Notes under the pieces: model-generated
What the model saw: the letters and a program-made list of their open reading frames with translations, nothing else
The model's database searches: none
What the model was told of the DNA's origin: nothing
Program-made: the position numbers and the translations under genes
Source: an uncultured Candidatus Saccharibacteria bacterium
Lineage (GTDB): Bacteria; Patescibacteriota; Minisyncoccia; Minisyncoccales; MHMH01
Direction of reading: 5' to 3'
DNA length: 64,000 nt
Assembly (NCBI GenBank): GCA_964568775.1
Contig: CAZMQW010000002.1
Coordinates: 4,354 to 68,353 of the forward strand
In this document: piece by piece, positions 1 to 9,409 of the stretch
Position numbering within the stretch: position 1 is the first letter of the stretch
How the letters are laid out: every line of letters starts with the position of its first letter

Positions 1-273
1 AGCCAACCTTCAAGGCCTCGGCCAATGTTTTTCCTTTAATCAAATCGCAAATCATGTCGGAGATGCTGATGGCGTGCCCGCAGCCCATTGTCTCAAACTT
101 GGCGTCTTTAATAACCTCTTTGCCTTTTTCCTGCCTGACTTTAATATAAATTTTCATGACATCCCCGCAACGCAAGTTCTGCGTATCGCCGACGCCGGAA
201 GCCTCTTTTATTTTACCCATATTTTTGGGACGAAGGAAGCGCTCCAGCACTTTTTTGGAATAATATTGTGGCA
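1..273 (-). CDS. NifU/IscU-like Fe-S cluster scaffold protein, 5' part only (gene runs off window edge)
   Basis: Reverse-complement of 1..273 translates from ATG at 273 as MPQYYSKKVLERFLRPKNMGKIKEASGVGDTQNLRCGDVMKIYIKV...FETMGCGHAISISDM, matching the IscU/NifU N-terminal domain with its Cys-containing motifs. It sits immediately downstream of the cysteine desulfurase with a 4-nt overlap. Not in the supplied ORF track because it is truncated by the window edge. Confidence 0.6.
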
Positions 274-275
274 TG

Positions 276-1445
276 TTATTTATAGCCTGATATTTTCCTT
301 AATCTTTGGATGATCGGAGGCAAAACCTTGAGGAGTTTCTCAATTTCTTTCTGGGTGGTCGGCCGGCCCAAAGTTATCCTTAAGGAACCGTGGGCTTCCT
401 CGTCGGAAAGGCCCAAGCTTTTCAAAACATGAGAGGGCTCCAGAGTTTTTGAGGAGCAGGCTGAACCGGTTGAGACGGCAATCCCTTTCTGGTCCAAGCT
501 GATGACAATGGCTTCGCCTTCAACTCCTTTAAAACTAATATTGATGTTGTTGGGCAGACGATGAACCGGAGAGCCATTCAATCTGACCCCGGGAATCGTC
601 TTTAATATGGTTCTGATGATTTTGTCTCTCAAATGCTTGATTTTAATATTGTGGATTTTGATTCTAGGATCCTGGGTTTCTTTAATAGCTTCGGCTAAGC
701 CAACAATGCCAGCCACATTCTCTGTGCCCGACCTTAACCCGGCTTCGTGCCCGCCCCCGTAAATCAAAGGAGAAATTTCAGTTCCTTTTTTGACAAAAAG
801 AGCGCCAACGCCTTTCGGCCCGTAGATCTTGTGGCCGCTTAAGGTTAAAAGGTCAACCCCGAGATTTTTAACGTCGCACTCCAGAAAATTTACGGCCTGG
901 ACAGCGTCAGTGTGAAATAAAGTCTGATGATTGATCTTTTTTATCAGTTTGGCTATTTCAGCAATCGGCTGGATTGTGCCGATTTCGTTGTTAGCGTACA
1001 TTATGGAAACCAAAACCGTCTGTTTTTTCAACGCTTTTTTAACGTCAGCCAATTGAACCAATCCATCTTTATCAACGGGCAGATAAGTCACTTCTACCCC
1101 CTGCTTCTCCAGCTCTTGGCAGGGCTCCAAAACAGCGTGGTGCTCAATCTGACTGGTAATCATGTGGGGCCGGGTTTTGATGTTTTTAACTGCCCCGAAA
1201 ATAGCCAAATTGTTGGCTTCGGTAGCTGAACCGGTAAAAACAATCTCTCCAGGCGAACAGCCCAAAAAATCAGCCACTTTGCCGCGAGCGTCATTAACCG
1301 CCTCCAGCGCTTTCTGTCCCAGCTGATAAATAGAAGAGGGATTGCCGAAATCCTTTTTCAAGTAAGGCAGCATTGCTCTCAGAACTTTCGGGTCAATCGG
1401 CGTGGTGGCAGCGTAATCTAGGTAGATTTTTGCCATACAACTCAT
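276..1445 (-). CDS. cysteine desulfurase (class V aminotransferase, NifS/IscS family)
   Basis: 389 aa with the PLP-lysine motif SGHKIYGPKGVGALF, the active-site loop GSACSS and the conserved IDPKV..L N-terminus. Followed by the NifU-like gene. Confidence 0.9.
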   Translation of the reverse strand: MSCMAKIYLDYAATTPIDPKVLRAMLPYLKKDFGNPSSIYQLGQKALEAVNDARGKVADFLGCSPGEIVFTGSATEANNLAIFGAVKNIKTRPHMITSQIEHHAVLEPCQELEKQGVEVTYLPVDKDGLVQLADVKKALKKQTVLVSIMYANNEIGTIQPIAEIAKLIKKINHQTLFHTDAVQAVNFLECDVKNLGVDLLTLSGHKIYGPKGVGALFVKKGTEISPLIYGGGHEAGLRSGTENVAGIVGLAEAIKETQDPRIKIHNIKIKHLRDKIIRTILKTIPGVRLNGSPVHRLPNNINISFKGVEGEAIVISLDQKGIAVSTGSACSSKTLEPSHVLKSLGLSDEEAHGSLRITLGRPTTQKEIEKLLKVLPPIIQRLRKISGYK

Positions 1446-2005
1446 TCTACCACAAAAAGAGTTCTTTTTGTTATGTAGATAGGATTGAAAAGTTTAATGT
1501 TTTTTATATAAAGTGGTTTTAATTGAATTTTCTTAAAAAGACGGAACCAACTGGCTTTGGGCAAGAAGCGACATCGGCTGGGGATCTTAAAGAAAATATT
1601 AAACAAATTACCATGCAACCAACAGAAGATTCGATGGACAAAGTTTTCTGGTGTATCTTCATAAATAATAATTTTCCCCCGGCAAACCCTCTTTATCTCA
1701 AGCAAAAGATTTTTAATGCTGGCTGTATGGTGTAAAACATACGAAACTAAAACAATGTCAAAATAGTTGTCCGGAAAAGGTATTTTTTTGCCGTCAAAAA
1801 AAGTAAAAGGTAAATTAGTTTTACGACTATCTCTGACATCAAGTCCCCCAACCCGAGCTCCTAATTTCTTATTAATTAAAGAACCCAAAAAGCCCCTACC
1901 GCAGCCGAAATCTAAAACCTTGCTGTTTTTACGAATATAGGGCGACAATTCATCAACCATCTTCTCGTTGAATTTGATATAAATGGAAGAGATAATTTTT
2001 TTCAT
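1442..2005 (-). CDS. class I SAM-dependent methyltransferase
   Basis: 187 aa with glycine-rich SAM-binding motif I VLDFGCGRGFLG and an acidic motif II (LDV). Overlaps its neighbours by 4 nt, suggesting translational coupling within the glycan operon. Confidence 0.6.
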   Translation of the reverse strand: MKKIISSIYIKFNEKMVDELSPYIRKNSKVLDFGCGRGFLGSLINKKLGARVGGLDVRDSRKTNLPFTFFDGKKIPFPDNYFDIVLVSYVLHHTASIKNLLLEIKRVCRGKIIIYEDTPENFVHRIFCWLHGNLFNIFFKIPSRCRFLPKASWFRLFKKIQLKPLYIKNIKLFNPIYITKRTLFVVE

Positions 2006-2685
2006 TTGTAATGATTAAACCTATATTTAAAAATATCCGATTTGACTGGGCCAAAAAAAATCATATGAAGTTGGCATAAGAAATATTTAAGCCAGGTTTT
2101 CAGCCAGCCGTCCTGCCGGAATCGCCGTGGTGAAACGAAAACTTTGGCTGATCTCAATACCCCGAACTTCCCGCTTTTGGCTATTTTCCTGACATAATCC
2201 AGCTCTTCGCCAAGCTTTATCTCTTCATCAAAACTTCGGTGAAAAGATTTCTTAACTAAGATAATGTTCATGGCCTGGGGTAAAAACTTTTCTGTCAACA
2301 AGGAAGGGAGATTGTATAAAAACCTGTAGGATAAATTGTGAAATTTACCTTCAGATTTTAACAGGAAAGTTGCTGCATCAAGTTCTTTTTTTTTAAACTC
2401 TCCTAGGAATTTGCCCAGCGAATTGCCATCTAATATCGTATCAGCATCAATAAATAAAATCAATTCTCCCTGAGATGCCTTTATCCCTTCGTTCTTACCT
2501 TTGGGAGGAAAACCGCCGCTAACAACTTTGCAGTCGTATTGCCTGGCTATCTCGCAGGTTTTGTCTTGTGAGCCAGCGTCGCTGACAATAATTTCGTAAT
2601 CTTTAAAAGACTGCCTTTTAATAGATTCTAATAACAAAGGTAGATAATTCTCTTCGTTCAAAGTTTGAATAATAATTGAGAGCAT
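2002..2685 (-). CDS. family 2 glycosyltransferase (GT-A fold)
   Basis: 227 aa. N-terminus LSIIIQTLNEENYLPLLLESIKRQSFKDYEIIVSDAGSQDKT is the canonical GT2 start. DAD/DxD-like motif (FIDADT). Confidence 0.75.
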   Translation of the reverse strand: MLSIIIQTLNEENYLPLLLESIKRQSFKDYEIIVSDAGSQDKTCEIARQYDCKVVSGGFPPKGKNEGIKASQGELILFIDADTILDGNSLGKFLGEFKKKELDAATFLLKSEGKFHNLSYRFLYNLPSLLTEKFLPQAMNIILVKKSFHRSFDEEIKLGEELDYVRKIAKSGKFGVLRSAKVFVSPRRFRQDGWLKTWLKYFLCQLHMIFFGPVKSDIFKYRFNHYK

Positions 2686-2689
2686 ATTT

Positions 2690-4249
2690 TTACTTTCTGG
2701 TTTTGGGCGTGTGCCAAAAACCCATATATCTGCCGAACATCCAGCGGGTTTGAGCCTCCAAGGCGGGCAAGCTGGTGAAAAAAATCATTACCACCGGCAG
2801 TAAAAGCCACTCCAAAACCAAAAACAAATATCTTTTCCTTCCATAAATAATTGGCTTGGCCGGCATTAATAAAATACTGAAATAAGCAGAAGATACCAAG
2901 CCAATCATACCGGCCGTCATAATGTTGCGAGTAAAAATAGGCAGATTGTAAGAAAGGATTGTCTGGCGAAAAGCTTCTCCGCCTAAAATAACGGGTAACC
3001 AACCAAGTAAAAGGATTATGAAAGACGCAGTTGCCCAAGACCAGTGGGTTTCCCCGATTATAAAAAACCAATAGAGCTTTTTTCTTAAGCTGATTTTTTT
3101 ATTCTTTAAAAATCCGAATAAAAAATAAGGGATATCGCCCACGCCGTAAGACCATCTTTTCTGCTGCTTGTAAACGTTCTTCATCGTCCTGAAAAAGGTC
3201 GGAGCGACGTTAGCATCCATAGAAACAGGATAATATAAAGAAACCACCTTATAATCTCCGCTGTATCTTAAAAAGCACTGCCAAAAGATCCGGGAATCGT
3301 CAGAAACTATGTTTGTCTGCCGAAAATCAACGTCAACCAAGGCCTTAAAGCTCATAGAATGAGAGGAAAAGGTCAGTAATTTTTCCGGCCTCTCCTGACA
3401 CATCATCTCCCAAAAACTGGCTGAAAAAGCGAAAATTCGAGAAATGGGCGGCGCCTGCCAGATATTATTAATAAAAAGAGGGATTGGCTGGAAGCTGGTC
3501 CGCACGGGTGATTTAACCGTCAAATAACGATGGGCGAGACAACTGAAATATTTTGGGAAAACACATGTATCAACGTCAAAAGAAGAAATGATAATATTTT
3601 CATAAGGGATTTTTAGAGGATCGATAATTTTTTCTTTTGCCTGTCTTGACCCCCAAGCATCATTAGAACCTTTTCCTGCCAGTTCGCCGGTTAAACCGAC
3701 TGGATGATAGGTTATCAGTAATTTGAAAAACTTGTCTTTAAATTCTTTTTCAATAGCCTCGGCCACTTTTTTAGTTTCCTCACCTCCTCTTTCTTCGCAG
3801 CTTAAAATCACGATCATCCTGTCTCTCGGCCAGTCGGTCTCAGCCAAAGATTGAAAAGAAGCTCTGACAACCTCCAGTGGCTCTTGATACAACACTAAAA
3901 CAGCCAAATGATAAATTTCCCGCCAATCCTTAATCGATAATTGATATTTTTCTACCGGCAAACGATTTAATTTTTCAATCCAATTGATTTTCTCATTCTT
4001 CCTCATTTGTCTATAACAGGAATAGAGATGTAAGGCGAGATAAATCGCCCGGGCCAGATAATAAACGACGAAACAAATAATAAAAACGGCCATCCAAGTC
4101 GGCTTCAACCAAGAAAGCAAAATAATCGTAAACAGGGTCAACCAACTGAAAGCACCTGGAAGAATTTCCAGGGCTCTAAAAATTATTCTCTCTTTTTTGT
4201 CTTTTAGCTCGGCCGCTCGCCCAATTTTCAAATAATAAGGAATACTCAT
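2690..4249 (-). CDS. processive family-2 polysaccharide synthase (cellulose/chitin/hyaluronan-synthase-like), integral membrane
   Basis: 519 aa with N- and C-terminal hydrophobic segments flanking a cytoplasmic GT-A domain. DxD-like SSFDVDT and the processive-synthase signature QQKRW (QxxRW) are present. Stop overlaps the start of the downstream hydrolase gene. Confidence 0.65.
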   Translation of the reverse strand: MSIPYYLKIGRAAELKDKKERIIFRALEILPGAFSWLTLFTIILLSWLKPTWMAVFIICFVVYYLARAIYLALHLYSCYRQMRKNEKINWIEKLNRLPVEKYQLSIKDWREIYHLAVLVLYQEPLEVVRASFQSLAETDWPRDRMIVILSCEERGGEETKKVAEAIEKEFKDKFFKLLITYHPVGLTGELAGKGSNDAWGSRQAKEKIIDPLKIPYENIIISSFDVDTCVFPKYFSCLAHRYLTVKSPVRTSFQPIPLFINNIWQAPPISRIFAFSASFWEMMCQERPEKLLTFSSHSMSFKALVDVDFRQTNIVSDDSRIFWQCFLRYSGDYKVVSLYYPVSMDANVAPTFFRTMKNVYKQQKRWSYGVGDIPYFLFGFLKNKKISLRKKLYWFFIIGETHWSWATASFIILLLGWLPVILGGEAFRQTILSYNLPIFTRNIMTAGMIGLVSSAYFSILLMPAKPIIYGRKRYLFLVLEWLLLPVVMIFFTSLPALEAQTRWMFGRYMGFWHTPKTRK

Positions 4250-5238
4250 TAAAACAATTTCTTAGCTTCGTCCCATATTCCAGAATCATTTTGTTTTTCT
4301 TTAAGCCAATACCACCATTCGGCCCCCCATAAATAGAATTCTTTTATCCCGGTCCTTTTGGCGAAATTAATATTATATCTGAATTGTGCCAAATCCATGG
4401 TTTTCTTCTGCTCGTCCAAAGAGCAGTCGTTGATGCCGGCTGCACACCAAGGCTCAGCTTGCAGTTCAATGCAGATTACCTTTTTATCAAATAAGCTCTC
4501 GATTAATTTTGTCTTCAAATAATAAAATGCGGAAGGAAAAGGCCAGGTTAGATAAATGCCGACTTGGCGGACCCAAACCCTTTTATACATCGTAGTACCA
4601 GCTATATCTCCAAAACTGGCAGCTGTTATCCATAAAGAACCTTCCCCGCTGTCGGAAACAATAATGGGTTTTGACTGGTTATCTTTAGATTTTACAAAAG
4701 CTATCTCTTTTTTCAAGAATTCTTTATCAACCCAAGGGCATTCGCCAAAAGGGAAAAAGGGCTCGTTCTCCACCTGCCAGGCGAAAACAGCTTCTGATCC
4801 TTGGTAACGTAAAACAAGCTGTTCAACCAATTCTAAGATTTCTTCCTGCTGAACTTCTTTATCCAAACCCTTGGCCCAGCCGGGAATATGGCATTCCGGC
4901 CAGCGACCGGTTTTCATGCCGATAACCAAAAGAATCTCAATATTATATTTCTCCGCTTCTCTTATCTGCCAATCAAGGTCGGCAAAATCGTAAACGTCCT
5001 TTTCTTTTTCAATTAAATCCCAGTAGGAAGCGAGTTTTATTTTCTTTACCTTTAAATCGGTTAAAATTGCCGAGTATGACTTTTGCCAGTCAGTGCCTAA
5101 ATAGGTGGCGTGTTTTTGAGAAAAATTAACCCCCCAGACAATTCCTCCGGTTTCTTTGGGTTGCCAAAGGAAAAAGAAACCGGCTAAAGCAATCAAGAGG
5201 ACTAAAACAATTAATAATATTTTGGAAATTGCCTTCAT
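4249..5238 (-). CDS. membrane-anchored glycoside hydrolase, clan GH-A (GH5-like TIM barrel)
   Basis: 329 aa with an N-terminal signal anchor (ILLIVLVLLIALAGFFF). Catalytic acid motif WQVENEP and a candidate nucleophile ICIELQAEPW about 100 aa later, as in GH5/GH113 beta-glycanases. Confidence 0.5.
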   Translation of the reverse strand: MKAISKILLIVLVLLIALAGFFFLWQPKETGGIVWGVNFSQKHATYLGTDWQKSYSAILTDLKVKKIKLASYWDLIEKEKDVYDFADLDWQIREAEKYNIEILLVIGMKTGRWPECHIPGWAKGLDKEVQQEEILELVEQLVLRYQGSEAVFAWQVENEPFFPFGECPWVDKEFLKKEIAFVKSKDNQSKPIIVSDSGEGSLWITAASFGDIAGTTMYKRVWVRQVGIYLTWPFPSAFYYLKTKLIESLFDKKVICIELQAEPWCAAGINDCSLDEQKKTMDLAQFRYNINFAKRTGIKEFYLWGAEWWYWLKEKQNDSGIWDEAKKLF

Positions 5239-6143
5239 TTGATAGATAAAATCACCAAGCCAAAACTAATTAATAAAATCGCTATGATTTTCTGGAAGAT
5301 TACCTCTTTGGAAATCTCTTCTTTCAATACTTTGGGAAATTTCCAAGAAAACAAAACGGCAAAAACCAACAAGAAAGCGTACTGTATGCCCTGAAGAGCG
5401 TTGATAAAGGCAACGTAGATCAGAGGAGCTAAAGCAACCGCCCAATTCTGCAAGATGTTAGCTCCGGCTCCGGCCGCCTGGCTGGAAAAGAAAATTGCTA
5501 TCGTTTTTTTCTCAAGAGCCATTTCCTGTTTAAATAGTCCCTTTCTCAATTCGGAGCTGGAAAGAAAAGCCAGAGCCATTAAAACCCCGCCCAACCTTAT
5601 CCAGACCAAACTTAGCAAGAACGGGTGGCTGTTGTAAACAAATTTAGCGAAAACAAAAGAAAGGGCTAAGAAAAAAGCTGCAATGACAGAAAGTTGAATG
5701 CTTTTTAAAGAAAACCTCTTAGATTTTTGATAGGTAATCAAAATTGTGCCTAAAATAAGCAAAATAAAGGCTAAAATCTGCCAAGATCCCAGAATTTCGC
5801 TTCCCCAAGAGAAAATATAAATAAGAATGAAAGTGAAAATAGGCAAGATTCCACCGACCGCCGGCACCATTCTGGAAGGTTCGAACTGTTTCAACCCTTT
5901 AAAAAACCAGAAAATTCCCCAAACAAAAGAAGCTCCAGAAATAAAAGCTAAAATAATGTCCTGGACATCAAAAACATAAAAATCTATAAAAGGAATAAAA
6001 ACCAAAACCCCCAAGCCCAAAAGTCCAATATAAAAAGCATAAACTTTAGGATTAGGAATAGGCCCGGTCAACAAATACTTGTCAACCAGATAAACCAAGG
6101 CCAAAATCAAATAGGCAACAATAGTGACAGTTAACCAAAGCAT
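5235..6143 (-). CDS. polytopic integral membrane protein of unknown function (about 9-10 TM; DMT/EamA-like or polymer-export associated)
   Basis: 302 aa, almost entirely hydrophobic helices. Embedded in the glycosyltransferase operon with 4- and 13-nt overlaps on either side. Confidence 0.4.
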   Translation of the reverse strand: MLWLTVTIVAYLILALVYLVDKYLLTGPIPNPKVYAFYIGLLGLGVLVFIPFIDFYVFDVQDIILAFISGASFVWGIFWFFKGLKQFEPSRMVPAVGGILPIFTFILIYIFSWGSEILGSWQILAFILLILGTILITYQKSKRFSLKSIQLSVIAAFFLALSFVFAKFVYNSHPFLLSLVWIRLGGVLMALAFLSSSELRKGLFKQEMALEKKTIAIFFSSQAAGAGANILQNWAVALAPLIYVAFINALQGIQYAFLLVFAVLFSWKFPKVLKEEISKEVIFQKIIAILLISFGLVILSIK

Positions 6144-7390
6144 ATTTTCTTAATGTTTAAAACGCCTAATTGTTCTCCCTCAACAAAGCCTTCCATAGCT
6201 GCTTCGGCAAAATACCCCTTCTCCAGCCAGTCAAACAGCCATTGGTTGAGATAGCTAGGGTTTTTTTGCGGGAAGCCGAAGCCGGAATTTAAAAGCCATC
6301 TTTTATTAAAATCCTCCTGGGAGCCGATCGGCGGGGCAATGATAATCGGCAGGCCCAAAGCCGAATAAAAAGAAAGTTCCGATGGCTTGGTCCACAAAAT
6401 ATCAGTCTGCCTCAAAGCTTTGTTGAACTGCCGGAAATACTGCTTTATATCTCCAGCATAAATAATTTCAACCTTCAATCCTTTGGTGTGTTCTTGGAAG
6501 TATTTTCTAACCTTGGGCCGGATGCCAGCCACCAGTATCAGTCTAACCTCGTCTTTTTTAATTCTCTCGGCCAAAGCCCGGGCAATACCTACCCCGATTT
6601 CTTTTTGAGCGCCCGCTCCCCCGACCGCAAACATAATAGTTAAGGGATGATTTGACTTTGAAGGAATTTTGCCCAATTTCGCTTTGATCAAGGTTTTGTA
6701 TTTTCTAAAATAGTGGCCGTAAGGATCTAAATTCAAAAGCCGCTGCTTCAAGTCTTCCTTCAAAATCTCCTTCCTTTTCGAGCCGACGTTCTCCAAGGGT
6801 AAAGGATAGCCGGTTAAAAAAATATTCTTTTTGTCCACCCCGTAAAGCTGCAGCCTTTCAGCCACCCGGGAGGTCGGGGCAAAGTATTTGATTTTGCTTT
6901 TCTTCGGCTCCAAGGGCGCCCAGGTTCGGGAAATGTCGGTATCGCAGACAACGCAGTAAATTTCGCCTGGATAGTTGAAATATTCGGCCATGAAAACAGC
7001 TGTAAAAAAAGTGCCGATCAAAGGCAGAGGGTTATGGCTTAATTTTTTAATCAAATGCCGGCCCAGGCCTTTTTTAATCGGAGATAGAGTTTGTTTAAGC
7101 TGAAGATTGGGTTTAGACAAATCGCGGTGGGGATAAAACTTGCGAATTCTCTGTAGTTTATTGAACAAGCCGAAAATTAGCGGGCCGATGAGCGGAGTCC
7201 GGCTGAAAACGGAAATAAATTCGTAGCCAGCTTTGGCTTGAGCCCACATCTCGCGGTCCTTTTGGGGAATGCCCTGGTAATTATTGGCGTTGATAACTTT
7301 GCTAGACACTGCCAAATCTTTCAAAGGATAGGCTGTCCGCTGGTGGCCGTAGCCCATATCAACCGCTATGACCCAGGCTTTTTTCTTCAT
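6131..7390 (-). CDS. GT-B fold glycosyltransferase (MurG / monoglycosyl-diacylglycerol synthase superfamily)
   Basis: 419 aa. N-terminus WVIAVDMGYGHQRTA resembles the G-G-H nucleotide-sugar acceptor motif of the MGDG-synthase/MurG N-domain. The C-domain FAVGGAGAQ...LPIIIAPPIGSQEDFN resembles GT28 C-terminal UDP-sugar binding. Confidence 0.55.
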   Translation of the reverse strand: MKKKAWVIAVDMGYGHQRTAYPLKDLAVSSKVINANNYQGIPQKDREMWAQAKAGYEFISVFSRTPLIGPLIFGLFNKLQRIRKFYPHRDLSKPNLQLKQTLSPIKKGLGRHLIKKLSHNPLPLIGTFFTAVFMAEYFNYPGEIYCVVCDTDISRTWAPLEPKKSKIKYFAPTSRVAERLQLYGVDKKNIFLTGYPLPLENVGSKRKEILKEDLKQRLLNLDPYGHYFRKYKTLIKAKLGKIPSKSNHPLTIMFAVGGAGAQKEIGVGIARALAERIKKDEVRLILVAGIRPKVRKYFQEHTKGLKVEIIYAGDIKQYFRQFNKALRQTDILWTKPSELSFYSALGLPIIIAPPIGSQEDFNKRWLLNSGFGFPQKNPSYLNQWLFDWLEKGYFAEAAMEGFVEGEQLGVLNIKKICFG

Positions 7391-7402
7391 TGTTCTATTA
7401 TA

Positions 7403-8710
7403 TCACTTAGAGAAAAATTCGACTATTTTGGTAATGTAAGTCAGCAGCAGCCAAATTGGCCAGGAAAGCAGCCAGCCCAAAGGCTGAAAAATCAGACCGG
7501 CCAGAATAAAAATAAAACCCAAACCCATCAGATAAGCCAGTAAAGGAACAATCAGAACATTAGTCAAAACAGCCACTTTAGAAAAATAGCCGAAATTATA
7601 AATCAGGATCGGTAAAGTAAAAATTTGGGCGGCCAGAGTCATGGCTAAAACCCGGAATTTGAGAAATCTCTGCAAAAAAGGCGTCAGATAAATTATACCC
7701 ATCACCGCCAAGAAAGACAGCTGAAAACCGACATCGGATTTCAAAAGCAGGGGGTTAAAAGCCAACATACCGACAGCGGCGAAAACAACCGCTCTCACCC
7801 CGGCCTGGGGACGGCCCAGTTTTTGCGCCAGAAGAAAAAAACCGCCCATAATCCCCGCCCTAACAGCCGATGAGGGCAAACCGATCATTACAATAAACAA
7901 ACCTAATAGCAGTAAAGTGAAATAAAAAGACCGGGAGCGGGACAAACCCAATCCTAGCCCCAAATACATCAGAATTCCCATAAGTATCATGACGTGCATG
8001 CCAGAAATTGCGGTGATATGCCTGACTCCGGCCTGATTTAAGTCTTCCTTCAGATCAGCTGACATCTTTCGTTTGTCGCCCAGAAGCAAAGCAGCCAGAA
8101 TAGAGCTTTGGGGCGGGGACAGGTTCTGTTCGATCGGCTCTCTTAGCCTATCTTTCAATTGTAAAATCTTGGCGTAAATAAAATTCCCTTGGTTGGCAGC
8201 TACCAGTTCTACCTTCGGATAATACATGACCGAATAAATGCCGTCTTTGGCCAAATAATCCTGGTAGTTGAAATCGGGAAATTCCTGAGGAATCTGCAAT
8301 TTACCGGTGATTTTCAATTTATCGCCGTATTGGTATTCCGGGTAACGGTTGACGGTCACCAGAATCTTTCCCTGAATTGAACGAGGCTCTGCCTCCCTCA
8401 GAGTTAATTTGGCATTGTCTTCCCTGACGTCCGGCTCCTGAATTACTGTGGCTATAAAAGTAGTTTCTTTTTCTAGCGGATGGATTGTCTCTGAAATAAC
8501 TGCCTGATGCCGCCAAACACCCAGCGCCAAAAACAGCAGACAAAAACCGACAACCACCAGTTTTTTCCGCTGCCAAAAAACAGAAACCAGGAAAATCCCC
8601 AAAATTAAAAATCCCAGCAACAGAATCTGGGAAATTGTTAAGAACGATGAAGCAGCTACGCCAAAAACAAAACTCAAACAAAAGAACAAAAAAATTCTCG
8701 AAGCCGCCAT
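7403..8710 (-). CDS. comEC: ComEC/Rec2-family DNA internalisation channel protein (DUF4131 + competence domain; no metallo-beta-lactamase domain)
   Basis: 435 aa polytopic protein with the ComEC competence-domain motif TAISGMHVMIL (ISGxHV). Length and content indicate the C-terminal MBL nuclease domain is absent. Confidence 0.65.
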   Translation of the reverse strand: MAASRIFLFFCLSFVFGVAASSFLTISQILLLGFLILGIFLVSVFWQRKKLVVVGFCLLFLALGVWRHQAVISETIHPLEKETTFIATVIQEPDVREDNAKLTLREAEPRSIQGKILVTVNRYPEYQYGDKLKITGKLQIPQEFPDFNYQDYLAKDGIYSVMYYPKVELVAANQGNFIYAKILQLKDRLREPIEQNLSPPQSSILAALLLGDKRKMSADLKEDLNQAGVRHITAISGMHVMILMGILMYLGLGLGLSRSRSFYFTLLLLGLFIVMIGLPSSAVRAGIMGGFFLLAQKLGRPQAGVRAVVFAAVGMLAFNPLLLKSDVGFQLSFLAVMGIIYLTPFLQRFLKFRVLAMTLAAQIFTLPILIYNFGYFSKVAVLTNVLIVPLLAYLMGLGFIFILAGLIFQPLGWLLSWPIWLLLTYITKIVEFFSK

Positions 8711-8719
8711 TCTTTTATT

Positions 8720-9409
8720 CTATCTTATCTGGCAGATTTCAAAAAACGGAGCAATGTCTTTTTGAATTTCCCGAAACCATTCCTCGGGATATGGCTTTAC
8801 TTTTTCAAATTTAGGATCAATAGTTTTTTCCGGCCGGAAATTCTGAAGGTAGTATTTTTTAGCTGGCGTCAACCATTTGGCTATCTTGAGAATATCTTCT
8901 TTTTTATGAACCGTCGAAACAATGGTCGTCCTAAATTCGTGGCCGACGGCGGAATCTTTCAATATTTTGATGCTTTTTTCTATCTCGGCCGGGTCAACGC
9001 CCAGCACTGCCCGATATTTCTCCTTGGGCAGCTTGACGTCCATGGCCACGTAATCAATCAACCCTTCATCGATTAGTCCCTTCAACGTTTCGGGATTTGA
9101 ACCGTTGGTATCAAGTTTAACTAAATAACCAAACTCTTTTATTTTTTTAATAAAACCGGCCAGTTCTTTGTTGATGGTCGGCTCCCCCCCGCAAATCACC
9201 ACTCCCTCCAGTAGCCCTTTTCTTTCTTCCAGAAAATCAAAGAATTCTTTTTCTGATATCTTAGGCTGTTTCTGTATTTCTTCCGGCAAAACCAGTTCCC
9301 GGGAGTAACACCAAGGACAGCGTAAATTGCACCCGCAGAGAAAAACAGTGGCCGCAACGCGGCCGGGATAATCGATCAGAGTGTTTTTTTGTAATCCGCA
9401 GATTTGCAT
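8720..9409 (-). CDS. nrdG: anaerobic ribonucleoside-triphosphate reductase activating protein (radical SAM)
   Basis: 229 aa. Radical-SAM cluster motif CGCNLRCPWC (Cx3Cx2C) near the N-terminus and a glycine-rich SAM motif VICGGEPT. Immediately downstream of nrdD with a 1-nt overlap. Confidence 0.8.
   Translation of the reverse strand: MQICGLQKNTLIDYPGRVAATVFLCGCNLRCPWCYSRELVLPEEIQKQPKISEKEFFDFLEERKGLLEGVVICGGEPTINKELAGFIKKIKEFGYLVKLDTNGSNPETLKGLIDEGLIDYVAMDVKLPKEKYRAVLGVDPAEIEKSIKILKDSAVGHEFRTTIVSTVHKKEDILKIAKWLTPAKKYYLQNFRPEKTIDPKFEKVKPYPEEWFREIQKDIAPFFEICQIR

Noticed and set aside
74-313. Plus-strand 79-aa ORF at the window start
   Set aside because: The opposite strand encodes a clearly recognisable NifU/IscU N-terminal domain, coupled to the cysteine desulfurase. 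The plus-strand ORF has no motif and is presumably a shadow ORF.
8319-8681. 120-aa minus-strand ORF inside comEC, in an alternative frame
   Set aside because: Fully embedded in a well-supported gene, with low-complexity Gly/Arg-rich sequence and no motif.
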